A stretch of 64,000 bases of DNA from Zancudomyces culisetae HAW-14-8 (lineage: Eukaryota; Fungi; Kickxellomycota). Positions 12,044 to 23,752 of the stretch are shown one piece after another. A program made the position numbers and the translations under genes. Positions within the stretch are counted from its first letter, which is position 1. Every line of letters starts with the position of its first letter. The stretch is taken from contig JBNJNM010000011.1 in NCBI GenBank assembly GCA_052426225.1, positions 2,108,001 to 2,172,000 of the forward strand. Direction: 5' to 3'. Under the pieces are notes generated by a model, which was given only the letters and a program-made list of their open reading frames with translations, ran no database searches and was not told the origin of the DNA.

Positions 12044-13932
12044 ATGGGCAAGAAAGATAAACTCAAAAGTAAAAGCAAAGACAACACAAGTGCAGCAAAG
12101 AAAATCAAAAAGTCAAAGCGGGAGCATGAAACCAGCACTGAGCCTGTTGCAAAAGAGCACAAAAAGGGGCAGGCAAATATACAAGATACGGTTGCAGACT
12201 TGCGCAAAGAAGATAGTAGTGATAGCGAAAATATAGACGAAATTGAAAAGTCAGAGATATTTGAAAAGTCGAGTAAGCACAATGGCAGTGAAAGGAAGCG
12301 CAAGAATGAAAAGATAAAGAAACAAAAGAAGGACAAAGACGAAGACGAGGAGGAAGAATGGAATAACCAAAGTATGACCAATATGGCTATTAATAGAGTC
12401 CCCGATAGGGTATCGGCGGCTATGGCTGTAACAGCTACAGCAAGCGCTGCAGCTGCGGGCACCACATCAGCTCTTCCCACAGAACCCAACACCACCACTA
12501 GTGATGATATTAGCGATGAAACTGGCACAACGGAAACAATTGTAAATAATAATGCCAATGCCAGCAACGAAAATTTATCATTTAAAGATTTGGGATTGGA
12601 TGAATGGATTATTGATGCATGTAGAGCTGTAGAGATCAGAACACCAACAGAAATCCAAAGAGCGTGCATTCCTGAGATCATAAAAGGTATTTGATCATAT
12701 TATTAGTTTGCATTTTACAATGGATCTACGTTTAATTAAAAATTACTTAACAGATGAATATAAATATAATATTAAATATAAACATAGGAATGGATGTGAT
12801 TGGAGGAGCAAAGACAGGATCGGGAAAAACAGCAGCATTTGCACTCCCAATTCTCCAGAGCCTGGCACAGGATCCATATGGTGTATTTGCGATCGTATTG
12901 ACTCCAACTCGTGAACTGGCAATACAAATTTCAGAGCAATTCACAGTCTTTGGGAAATCAATCAATCTCAAAGTGTGTGTTATCGTTGGTGGATTAGATA
13001 TGATCGACCAGGCGCTCCAACTGACCACCAAACGTCCTCATATAGTCGTGGCGACTCCAGGGAGACTTGCAGACCACATAATCAGCAACCCAGGTGCCAT
13101 ATGTTTCGATCGTATCAAGTATTTGGTATTAGACGAAGCTGATCGGCTGCTGACCAACACATTTGCCAGCGATTTGCAGGTGATTATGGAGAAAATACCA
13201 TCCGGACAGCATAGACAAACTCTTCTTTTCACTGCAACGATGACACCAGTGGTTAGCGAATATATGAACAGAAAGGGCAAGCAAAGCGTGTTCCAGTATA
13301 TCGTCGATGATGCGGACGGCCAAAAGACAGTGTCGAGCCTGAAACAGTACTATATATTTGTTCCTGGCCACGTGAAGGACAACTATCTTGCACAACTAGT
13401 TCTGGAAAACAACACAAAGTCAATGATTATTTTTGTCAACAAGTGCAAGACGGCAATGCTGTTAAACAGCATGTTTAGACAGTTGGGCTTCAAATCGACA
13501 TGTCTCAATTCGAAGATGAGTCAACACCAGCGACTCGAAAGTATTGAGGCATTCAAGGCACACAAATCAAACATCCTGATTTCAACAAGTGTTGGCAGTA
13601 GAGGGCTGGATATTCCGGCAGTTGAGATGGTTGTAAACTTCGATTTGCCACTGGATACTGACGACTACATCCATCGTGTTGGAAGAACGGCCAGAGCTGG
13701 ACGGCCAGGTGATGCGGTTTCACTAGTATCAGAAAAGGATGTGGAGTTGGTGCATGCCATTGAGGAGCGTGTTGGGTGTCTGCTGGAAGAATATCCTGCA
13801 ATTAGCGAAAAAGAGGTGGCCGACTCGCTTGGCAAGGTCATAAAAGCCAAACGGATAGCTGTGATGAATCTGCTGGACAATAGATTTGGTGAACGAGACA
13901 GGACTAGAAAAAGAAAACATGAACACTCGTGA
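12044..13932 (+). CDS. DBP8: DEAD-box RNA helicase Dbp8/DDX49 (2 exons)
   Basis: Intron 12687-12787; Q motif PTEIQ, AKTGSGKT, PTRELA, DEAD, TAT, HRVGRTARAG, and the DDX49-typical LAQDPYGVFAIVL. Confidence 0.93.
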
Positions 13933-13974
13933 TCTATAGATTATTTTATTTATGCGAATAGCGTTTCAATTATG

Positions 13975-15567
13975 TTAATAGTTTAACATTTGATAGATTT
14001 TGTCAACCACCAATTTTTCCAGTAATACTGCAATTCTGCTTTGGTTTCTAATGTCAAACATGTTCATATGTGAGTACACTACTCCGTTTGTGTTTTCTAC
14101 ATGCGCGTCACTACCCGTAAGTTCAATTGGTGTGAAACAGCTGCGTTCAAAGCTATTTGCCCCGCTTGGCAATTTTACAAATGTCCGCTTATTACCTGCT
14201 CCATCCATATTACCATAACTACTTATGCCTCCGCTACCGTTTTGCGATAATTCATTGTAAAAACAATGAAATTTCACCACATTTATACGCGAAAACACCA
14301 TTTGCATCCGCTCGCTCATCTGCTTGCTGTTGTATAGCGTGCTTGCATATCCCACATGTTCATTAACAAACTGCGACGTGTTTGTGATTTTTTTTCGGTG
14401 TTTGTATGCCAGGGTGGCTGTTGCTACAACGCCCAGAACCGCAAGTCCCGCTGCAGTATATTTCAACGCTGTACCACTCCCACTTCCACTTCTGTTCATA
14501 GTAGGATTGATATCTCTATCGATACTGTCACTACCACTGCTACTACCACCGAAACTGAAACTGCCCTTCTTTTCTGAAGTGTTTGAAATATCTGACTGTA
14601 AACCCTTACTTAACACACCCACTTGATCCTGTTGTTGAGTCCCTATACTCCTGCTACCAACGCCCACATTTCCAGATTCATTGTTATTTTTCCCACTTAA
14701 TATTCCGGATAAACTCTCCTTAAGACCCCACAATGAGGATGACTTTCTCTCTCCTCTAGTATCGTTAATACTAGTGTTGGCTTTATTGTCCTTGCTAAAA
14801 AACTGTCTAAATTCGTTAACCATCTCCACACCAACTGATTTTCCTCGTTCTATATTTGACCCTATCTTTTGTGCCTTTTCGACTGTTGATTCTGTCAATG
14901 CTTGGTGGTTGATTCCGTAAAATGGTGTGTCCAGTCCAATCACTCCCACTATTCTACAACTAACTCCTCTATCGTTTACCAATACCTTTTCCTGTCCCAG
15001 TTGCGAATGTTGTTCCTCAAAACTCATGTCTGTATTTGCGTTTATTCCTCTGTGGCCGTTCTCATTTGTACTGGTTCCAAAATAACCTGCCCTCCTTCTT
15101 CTTTCTTCGTAATTATGGATATTGATCGCACTCACTAATTCCAGCTTCGCATGCAAGCCAAAGCTCGAGTCACATGCCAGGATCCCACCCATGCTATGTC
15201 CCACCAGCAATATCTTGATCTCCACCTGTTCGTCATACCCACACAACTGTATCTCCTCTGATAACCGTGTAATTAACCACGAGTTAAACTTTTTTACTGC
15301 ATCCGATAGTTCACCACGTGTCTCGTACGAAGGAAAGATAATGCTTTTAAATGCTACTGGCTGATTTTGTGTATAACTACCGTTTAACCCGTTGTTTTCT
15401 GAATTCTGGTAATAGTAGTTATGTCCGTGCAAGGCTCTGGTTTGCAAATCTCGATTAATTGCTTCAGGAAAATCATGAAATGACTCCTCTTTCCCCATAA
15501 ACCCATGTATATACACTATCAAGACCTTTTGCTTCGGGATAGTGTTCGAATCTATATTTTTCATCAT
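13975..15567 (-). CDS. Alpha/beta-hydrolase (DUF676/lipase-like) protein
   Basis: YIHGFMG, nucleophile elbow GHSMGG, LDTPFYG, late HMNMF; one hydrophobic segment. Confidence 0.8.
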   Translation of the reverse strand: MMKNIDSNTIPKQKVLIVYIHGFMGKEESFHDFPEAINRDLQTRALHGHNYYYQNSENNGLNGSYTQNQPVAFKSIIFPSYETRGELSDAVKKFNSWLITRLSEEIQLCGYDEQVEIKILLVGHSMGGILACDSSFGLHAKLELVSAINIHNYEERRRRAGYFGTSTNENGHRGINANTDMSFEEQHSQLGQEKVLVNDRGVSCRIVGVIGLDTPFYGINHQALTESTVEKAQKIGSNIERGKSVGVEMVNEFRQFFSKDNKANTSINDTRGERKSSSLWGLKESLSGILSGKNNNESGNVGVGSRSIGTQQQDQVGVLSKGLQSDISNTSEKKGSFSFGGSSSGSDSIDRDINPTMNRSGSGSGTALKYTAAGLAVLGVVATATLAYKHRKKITNTSQFVNEHVGYASTLYNSKQMSERMQMVFSRINVVKFHCFYNELSQNGSGGISSYGNMDGAGNKRTFVKLPSGANSFERSCFTPIELTGSDAHVENTNGVVYSHMNMFDIRNQSRIAVLLEKLVVDKIYQMLNY

Positions 15568-17122
15568 GTTTGGTGTTTCTCTATCTCGGTCCGTCTTTTA
15601 TTTGTTCCTGTCTTTAGTTGAAGTGTCCTTATAATTGTTTGGGTAAGTAAAAGCTTAATTTTGAACCGAATGCAACTACGTCTATATTGGCAAGCAACCG
15701 TACTCTCCTATATCACTTCTGTTTACTGATCACCCTTATTTGAAGGTACTATACTTACAAGTATAAATGCAAATTGAAGGATAGAGCAAAAGCTCTGAAT
15801 ATATATTTTTGAAGGTGGGGCTTGAGAAAGTTTGATAAATGTAATTACAAAAGTGAATGCAAAAGTGAATGGCACAGTTAGCAGAATTATTGCCCTTTGA
15901 CTTGGGAACAGAAATTGAGCTCTATTTTTGGATTTCGGGATATTTTACCACCCATTTAATTTGTAAAAATTACCAACCTTCATCAGCCAATTATATTCGC
16001 CAAGCTGGAAATAACACGTGATTATAATGCCGGAATTAATGTCAATAAGGACACACTCATGTGGGATATACACATATGAGCATATCCGGGTATAGAATAA
16101 AGTTTCATTCTACGTTTTTGAAAGTGTAGTAGGGGAAAGAATTGGGCTCGTACAATCACGTTATTATCATGATTTAAAGATATTTATTGTAGGATTAAAG
16201 TAAATATACTGTTGTAATAACAAGTGATTAAAGTGTTATATTGTCATGAGATCAATCTAGTGAATGTTACATTAGCATTCTTACTATTAAATAATGAGGA
16301 CACAATCAAGGCAACAAGTATAATAATATTAGTTGTTAAATTGGAGCTTCAATAATGTATCAATCTATATTAAGGCACATACTAGAATATACAATCCCGT
16401 CGTCAGCTTGCCTCTTTCTGATTAGGATCATCTCAGAACACTATTTGGTTGGAGGTGGTGGCAAAACTAGCCCAGAAATGCTTTGTAATTTCGTTGGCAT
16501 TTTGAGACAGGAAATTATGATTTACGCAGAGACTCTGGGTCTCTAATTGGAGAGAGCGTGGATTTCAAATCATGGCAAAATGGATATTGAAAAAACGAAC
16601 CGCGAATGCATTTTAGGAGTTTTCAGACTCTTTTTTTTTTGCAGGGTGATTTCAAATTAGATGCAAATAAACGCTTTGGATATTACGCTTTATTGTAGCA
16701 TACTTCTTTACTGTTTAATTTGCAATCCAAAAATCCTCAAGCACAAAATCTACTCTAAAAAGGAAAGGAAATACGATTTAATAACAACAGATAAAGGTCA
16801 ATAAAAAAATAGTCTCATAACAGCTAATTTTATATCGAATCCGAGACAAAGCAATCTTGATCCGCAAAACGTCTCGACCAGCTTGCAACAGTCGACGATT
16901 AGATAGTAATATTTGTTGGTGGAATATATTTGTAAAAAGTTGAAGTATCAACGTGTTAATTGAAAAAGAATATATAAAGATTGTAAAATGTATGTGAAAT
17001 CCACTACTTTTATTTTGTTTTTAAATACCTGGCATTTTAGATATTTAGAGTAAAATTACACAGCACAACTTTCAAGATTAACCAAACCACATAAACAGAA
17101 AATAGAATATCGGTTTGTAATC

Positions 17123-18442
17123 ATGATTCCCAACTTGGAACTACCAGGCGCGAGCAAAAAGACTATAGAACTACCAAAAAAACCCAGTCAAGAGACAGTC
17201 AAGTCAGAAAGCCCGATTCTTAAATCGTCATCTGCACATATCCCTAGTCACAACGCTGAAAACTTTGCAAAGCCCATAAAAAAGACAAGTTCAAAAGCTG
17301 ATAGACGGAGTGCTGGGGGCACTGGAGGTGGCAGCGAATCGTCAATATTATCCAAGTCCAAGCATCAACAAGCGCTCAATCTGCTAAACAAACAGCGGGA
17401 GCTGCTTGAACTCCAATACAATGAAAACACAGGGCAGGTGGATGGGTCAGGTGCAGGTAAACAAAAACTAGAGGAGGAATCGAGTATCGCAGTTATCCGA
17501 ATGCTTAATGAGGGTGTAATAAAGGTGCAGAACCGGCTTGTTGAGTTTAAAAAGATACTAGCCAAAGTTAAGGACGACAACAAGAGACACGGTGTGGTCT
17601 TGGAGCTGATTGATAAGTGCAACTTTCATTTGCTGCAAGTTTCGAGTTTTATTGGAAGCAATTCAGGGCTGATTATGGACAATGCGAATTCGACTAGAAT
17701 AGCAGGCATGGAGAAAACACCAGGTTCAGGTAAACAACCGGTAGTGTTTGTAGAAATTAACAACCAACACAAAGGAGGTAATACTTCCCTATCAGATGCC
17801 AATGCCAACAAAATTCCACGCCTTTCTCAATCAGGTGGTGGAGCCACCGAACAACCCTCGGACTCAACAACCACCATTGTATCACTTTCAGGTCCAATCA
17901 CACAGGTTAACGCCCAGATGCAACGAGAGGCCAACAATGCTCTCTCTTCTATTGCACCACCCCCCGGGTCAACGTCTGCACCCGGTACCTCGCTTTCGGG
18001 ATCATCAATGGTTCCATCGTCGTCCAGTTTGGGGGAAGGAACTGGCGGTGGCGCCATTTCGCTTGTGGGTCTGGATACTAGTTCATTGTCAACTGATCCT
18101 AGCCAGTTGCGAGTTCTTTCCAAGCGTAAGATTCAAGAACTGGTAAACGAAATTGATCCAAACAGCCGAATCGAACCCGAAGTCGAGGATCTGTTGTGCG
18201 ACATTGCTGATGAGTTTATTGATTCGGTTGTTGGATTCTCGTGTGAGTTAGCAAGACACCGCAAATCAAATGTTTTGGAAGCTAAAGACATTCAGCTGCA
18301 CTTGGAAAGAAATTGGAATATCCGTGTACCTGGCTTTGCCACTGATGAAATCCGCACTGTAAAAAAATCTACTTTGTTGCCAAACTACCAACAAAAGCTC
18401 AATGCTATTAACTACGTTAAAAATCTAAAACGCTTTGATTAG
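17123..18442 (+). CDS. TAF12: TFIID/SAGA subunit TAF12
   Basis: C-terminal histone fold LSKRKIQELV..DEFIDSVV..LARHRKS..DIQLHLERNWNIRVPGF; possible 5' UTR intron about 16990-17105. Confidence 0.93.
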   Translation: MIPNLELPGASKKTIELPKKPSQETVKSESPILKSSSAHIPSHNAENFAKPIKKTSSKADRRSAGGTGGGSESSILSKSKHQQALNLLNKQRELLELQYNENTGQVDGSGAGKQKLEEESSIAVIRMLNEGVIKVQNRLVEFKKILAKVKDDNKRHGVVLELIDKCNFHLLQVSSFIGSNSGLIMDNANSTRIAGMEKTPGSGKQPVVFVEINNQHKGGNTSLSDANANKIPRLSQSGGGATEQPSDSTTTIVSLSGPITQVNAQMQREANNALSSIAPPPGSTSAPGTSLSGSSMVPSSSSLGEGTGGGAISLVGLDTSSLSTDPSQLRVLSKRKIQELVNEIDPNSRIEPEVEDLLCDIADEFIDSVVGFSCELARHRKSNVLEAKDIQLHLERNWNIRVPGFATDEIRTVKKSTLLPNYQQKLNAINYVKNLKRFD

Positions 18443-18740
18443 TTTGTTTAAATCCTTCTTTTTGTCATTTTTCTTTGTATTTCCACCTTTTCATACCCTT
18501 TTTTTTAGAACAAGTAAATTAAGCATGCTCAATTTGCCTCGCTTGTAATGCTACTTTTCTGTTTACTCGCTCAACCTTTGGGTTTGACTCCCACGTATTT
18601 GTGGTTAAAAAAAATCGGCAGTAAAATATTTAGTATTTCATCACCGCGCCTTGATTTGATTTTTACTATGGCTTTTGTAAACACACAAAGTTGTAAATAG
18701 AAAAACATTGGTGTTAAATTCCATTTCATATACAAGCAGA

Positions 18741-21700
18741 ATGCTGGCTGAATTGGACGTAGTGGCAAAAGCACTACCTCAAACTGTGGAACTAATAAGG
18801 CGAATCCGCAATACCAACGAAAATGCTCACGAAATTGCGGAAGTAAAGGCCGAAAACGAAACCAACAGGAAAACTGAAGAAGAAACGAAATCGAATGGCA
18901 CAGTTCAGAACGCATTAAACAAAACGCTCCTATCTCTTGAATCGTCACGAGTCGATCTGTTTAACGTACATTCAGCTGGGTTTCCTTTCGAAAGTACACC
19001 CGATAAAAAGAGTGGTAGCCCTACAAGCGTTAATAAAACGAATCCAAAAATCGAAGAAATTGATTCCTCAAGATTAAAGCATTCTAAAGCAGTTGATAGT
19101 GTTTCATCTTTTTTAACAGAGTTACACGTAGATGGACACGTCGCTGAAAGCGGCAGTAAGCACAGTGGGAAGGATAAATGTGAGGATAAGAGCGCTGACA
19201 ACTGCCTGGTGTCACTACTTTTTGAGCTTTGTTTTTGGTCGGTCACCAAACCACTACAACCAATATTCTATGACCCACTAAACCTCTTGAAAACTATTAA
19301 CTTTTCAGAAGCGGAAAAGTGTTCTTTTGACACCACTGAACCAACTCCTCAAAAGACTCAAAGACTTGTTCTTGAGGACATCTTTACTAGAATTGCCTTC
19401 AACGACACGAATTATATTGAGAACACTAAAAAACTAAAAAAGTCGTTAGGAGATACCATTTGTGATCAAGACTTTTTAGATAATGAGATCAATATATTGG
19501 CGAATAACACTAATAGCATCGATCCAATAGACTATAACATCTACCATGACAAAGTAGTGAAACTTACATCAACACATGCATTTTTTGAACTTTTATCATG
19601 TACCCAGGGCTATTTTGACAAACTACAACATAAATTCTTATCGGAAGTCGTTTTTCTTTACTTTACAAATTCCGTTGACGAGAAACCATCCTCGGATACC
19701 CATTTTGCTGTAGAGAAAACATCTAGATCCACACTCGTTTTGAAAAGAACACAGTGGGACAATCTGTTAATGGTGATTGGGCTCGCCAGTCAAAATACAC
19801 CAGCGCCAGGATCACGATACACTCAAGGTTCTAGAAATAGTCGTGGTGGTACTAATGGTTTCCTTGGGGCGGATTCAGGTCTTCAGGAAAGGGTTTGTAT
19901 GTACAATATTTTGGAAAGGGCTTTGCTGAACAAGGATTTTTCAATATCCGTGTTTATAAAAAGAACAGCTAATACTCACGATTCACGAGAATTCACGGCA
20001 TTGCTTAACGAGTTTGTAAAAACAATTTTTACCTTGCCAGACAAAATTGCAAACTCTTTTTATTACAAGATTGTACCTGAAGCTCTGTCTAGAGATGCGT
20101 ATTTTGCCAATCTCATAACTGATGTTGCCACCTCATTTTTTCTGATGAATGAAGGAACTACTGATGATGGTAGACTTCTGCTAGTGCTCAAGCATGTGCT
20201 GATAAAGTTATGTAGGCTTGGGTGTTCAGAAATATTTGCAAGTAAATTCTACCAGCTTTGCAGAGAAAATTCGACTAAAGACAACCCAAAAGACTCAAAG
20301 ACAGATGAAAGTGTCATCGTACTCATTAAGAAGAGATTTGTTGAGGTTGTAAGCTCTCAGGCCTTGATTTTTAAAGAGCGCACTATCCAGACATTTTTAC
20401 ACATAACCTTCACGAAACTACTTGAAAAAATACGCAACTTTGGTGAGAACACGTCAGAAATTGACAGCTATATTACACAATGCAGTGTGGAATATATTCA
20501 GATTTGGTTTAGTGGAATTAAGATGGAAGATATTGAACAAACATACCAAATGGTCAAACTCGCAATAAGATCAATGTCCAAAGCAGCATACGAACTCCGA
20601 AATCAATCAACGTTCGACCAAACCTGCAACATTGCTGGGATTTTAGCGCTTTCTTATGCGCTAGGGATAGATAGGATCAGTAATAGGCTTATCTTGCGGC
20701 TAACACAAGACTGGGGCTCAAAGACATTTATTAACAGCACTGATGCGTTGATTGAGGATATATTGATTAATACCAGCGGGTTTTTGTTATTCGGTATATC
20801 ATGTCTTAGCAATGATGAGGTATATACTTTTAGTAGCAATGCCAGGTTTATGGAAGCCGTTTATACATATTTTGAGCAGCCTAATAGCTTAGTGAGATTG
20901 GCCACAACTGTATTAACCGAATCTGTAGTCACTAAATCCAATAATAGTACACACTTTTCGAAATCTAGCAAAAACAATAAGCTTGAAGATAGTGACTTTG
21001 GCTCGAAAGAGTACGACTTTGGTCTTGATCAGGTAATACGATTGGCTGAAATACAAAGTTCACAAGGTGATACGGGTCTGAAAACCATTAGAGGCTTTAC
21101 CGAAGCTAACCTTGTTACACAGCTGAGACTGTTGTCCAAAATCAACAAAACTGTGTTTTTTTTCTCAGGCACAAGATTTAAAGATAAACACTACTTAGAC
21201 TCTACAGAAGACCGTCTTTTGTTGCTGGGAGTTATAAAAAAGTTTAATCTCAACCACACTCCACGCCAGCTTATATCTGAATCAAATAGCCTCAGATCCA
21301 CGGTCAGGACAGACACAAATTTGCTGTATCAAAACCTGTACGGAAATGATATATCCAACCAGGTGTTTTCCAGCAGGCCAGATTCTTTAATACCAAAAAA
21401 TGTACAAACCTTATATGAAGGAAAGCCTACTATGGAATTTGTTAAACCAAAACTTTCTGCTCATCTGTCGGATATTTTAGCTCTACTACGCTCTTCGAAA
21501 ATCGCCAATTGGGAAATCAAATATGATGCGATGAAAAACCTAGGACTTTGTATACTACTATGTGATAGAGTTGAGTTGGTTAGGCTATACCAGCCAACTA
21601 TAAAAGTACTTTCTGCATTGGTGTACGGTGGACCTGCATTTTTAGATTCTGATCATGAGATTGGTAGTGATATCACACAAGAAGGGTTAAGTGAAGATAA

Positions 21701-22960
21701 ACCCAGTTCAAATACAGAAAATAGGTCTATACTGTGGGATACGTTCAAAATCAACGCCTTGGTCTGTTTGTTTTTCAAAATGCCCGAACTTTCACTGCCT
21801 TTCGCAATAATGCTACTGGAAAACAACGACCTGTCAATAACTGACAAATCGCTAATTTTCACAAGCATTTCTACGTATTGTTTAACATACTCTGGTGATT
21901 TGGAATATCCAAAGCCCATAAAGATGTTCATGTCATCAAGAGCAGTAAATCCTCCTAGCTCTTCACAACAAAATTCAGACAAACCATCACGTTCCAAAGA
22001 CAGTGGTAACAGTACAGGAAAACCGATCGATTTTACATTTCCAAACCCCAAAAAATCCGATTTATCTTCCAGTTCAACTTTTATTCAGATAAATCAAGTA
22101 ATCAGAAAATCAAGAAAACTGACAATTTCTGAAGAAAATAACAAGCAGTCACAAACCCGATCCATCAAACAGCTTATGGAATTTCTCTTGGGCAAGGATA
22201 AGGAAAACCACTACAACTTCCCCACTGTGGTTAGCACTTGTGTATTCTTCCCGCTTGTAAACATGTTATTTACACAAAACCCTGTGTCCAATATACATTT
22301 GTATGACAATAACAACAACCGCACCCACACTGGGGAGGGTGGTGGCATCAATGGCAGTATTCTGCCTCTTTTGGTTCAGGACTTGAATTTTTTTGCAAAA
22401 TTCAATGTGGTTTTGGGTATTTCCGTGTACTGTAGCGCCAACTCACCCCACCAGCTCAAGATGATTTCTGAATATTTATCGTTCCTCATCTTTGTAATAC
22501 AAAATCTTGGTATTTATCGAATCCACCACAGCCACCGCAGTGTACGCAATGATGATACGAATGATTATTATCGTGACGTGGACAATAGTGGGAATACATT
22601 TATGTTGGTCAAGTTTACCAATTCGTTGACTTTGGGCTTGTATTATCTTGTACGGGAAGGCTCAAATAGATGTATTTCCAAATCCACGTTGTTGAGCAAC
22701 TTTTCCAATCACCTTGTTTCTGTATTCCACATACTAAAAGGTAAGTTTTCTTTAATCTGCTGTGGATGTGCCTTTTTTATTGTATTTAACTAATGCCTTT
22801 GGTTTGATTTCTGGATGGAATGTATACACAAATAGAATTACACGAAAGAGGATTCATTGTTCCGCCAACATCCCTGAAGGGCTATGATTCAGATTCCACT
22901 GCCTATGATTCGTATTATTCTTTGGCTGAGTTGCTGAATTCGTCAAGATTCTTGTTTTAA
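18741..22960 (+). CDS. TEL2: Tel2-like (TTT complex) helical-repeat protein (2 exons)
   Basis: Long helical ORF from ATG 18741 with LPDKIAN, KLCRLG and HLSDILALL segments reminiscent of Tel2; GTAAGT intron 22741-22835 leads to an in-frame terminal exon ending TAA at 22960. Confidence 0.6.
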
Positions 22961-23409
22961 GCAGTTCAAGATCCACACACCATCGTACTCTAAATGTGCT
23001 AATCCATAGTGTGTGGTCGCATGTAGCAGATGTTTTGATATACTTGAGTCAACACATTATTTGTGTGGTTTAGAGTGCAAAGCTCTTTTTTTTATCTCAC
23101 TTTTCACCGCTACTCCGGTTTTAAAGTCTTTGAGCGAATGGGATTTATAAGCTTATGTGTGTGTATGTTTTCTTTGATTCTTTTGTATTTAATCAGTTAA
23201 TGTGTAAGGTAAATACAGAGTATTAAAACCTCTAAAATTTGAATGAAAGATCTATAGTAATTAATCTAGATTACGGGTCGTAGTACAACGCAAAAAAGAA
23301 AAAGAAAAGCAACGAAATTTACGAGTCCAAAATGCTTGCTGGACTTTTACAAACTGTTTTTTATTCTTTAATATTTTCCTTTTTTCGGCAAATCCATCTC
23401 TGCACTAAC

Positions 23410-23752
23410 TCAAAGTTGGGTAGTTTCTTTTCCTGTTTTGCTAATAACCTGGAAAATTTCCTCCTTGCTTAGCGTGGTTTTGACTGTAACAATTTGGTTT
23501 TCCATATCAATATCAATATTGTGGACTTGTGGCAACCTCGAAAGCACTCTGTTGACTGCCCCTGAGCAACCACTACATGTCATTTTGACTTTGTACTTGT
23601 ATTCGTTCTATTGGTATATATCCACACATTCCTGTATTAGTAAGATACTTACTTTCAACCTGATTTATTGAGTTATAAAAAAAAATAATACAAAATGACA
23701 AATAGTAAAAAATAAATAAAAAAATCAAGAAAATATTATACTTTACCTCCAT
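23410..23752 (-). CDS. ATX1: Copper chaperone Atx1 (HMA domain); not in the ORF track
   Basis: ATG GAG at 23752-23747, intron 23746-23608, then NEYKYKVKMTCSGCSGAVNRVLSRL...ISKTGKETTQL*; MxCxxC and KTGK motifs. Confidence 0.93.

Noticed and set aside
16420-16565. taggatcatctc and gagcgtg resemble U3 snoRNA boxes A and B
   Set aside because: No convincing C', C or D boxes in the right order and spacing
8532-16883. Shared gtctcgac(a/c)agc motif upstream of PRE4 and TAF12
   Set aside because: Two short imperfect copies are not distinguishable from chance
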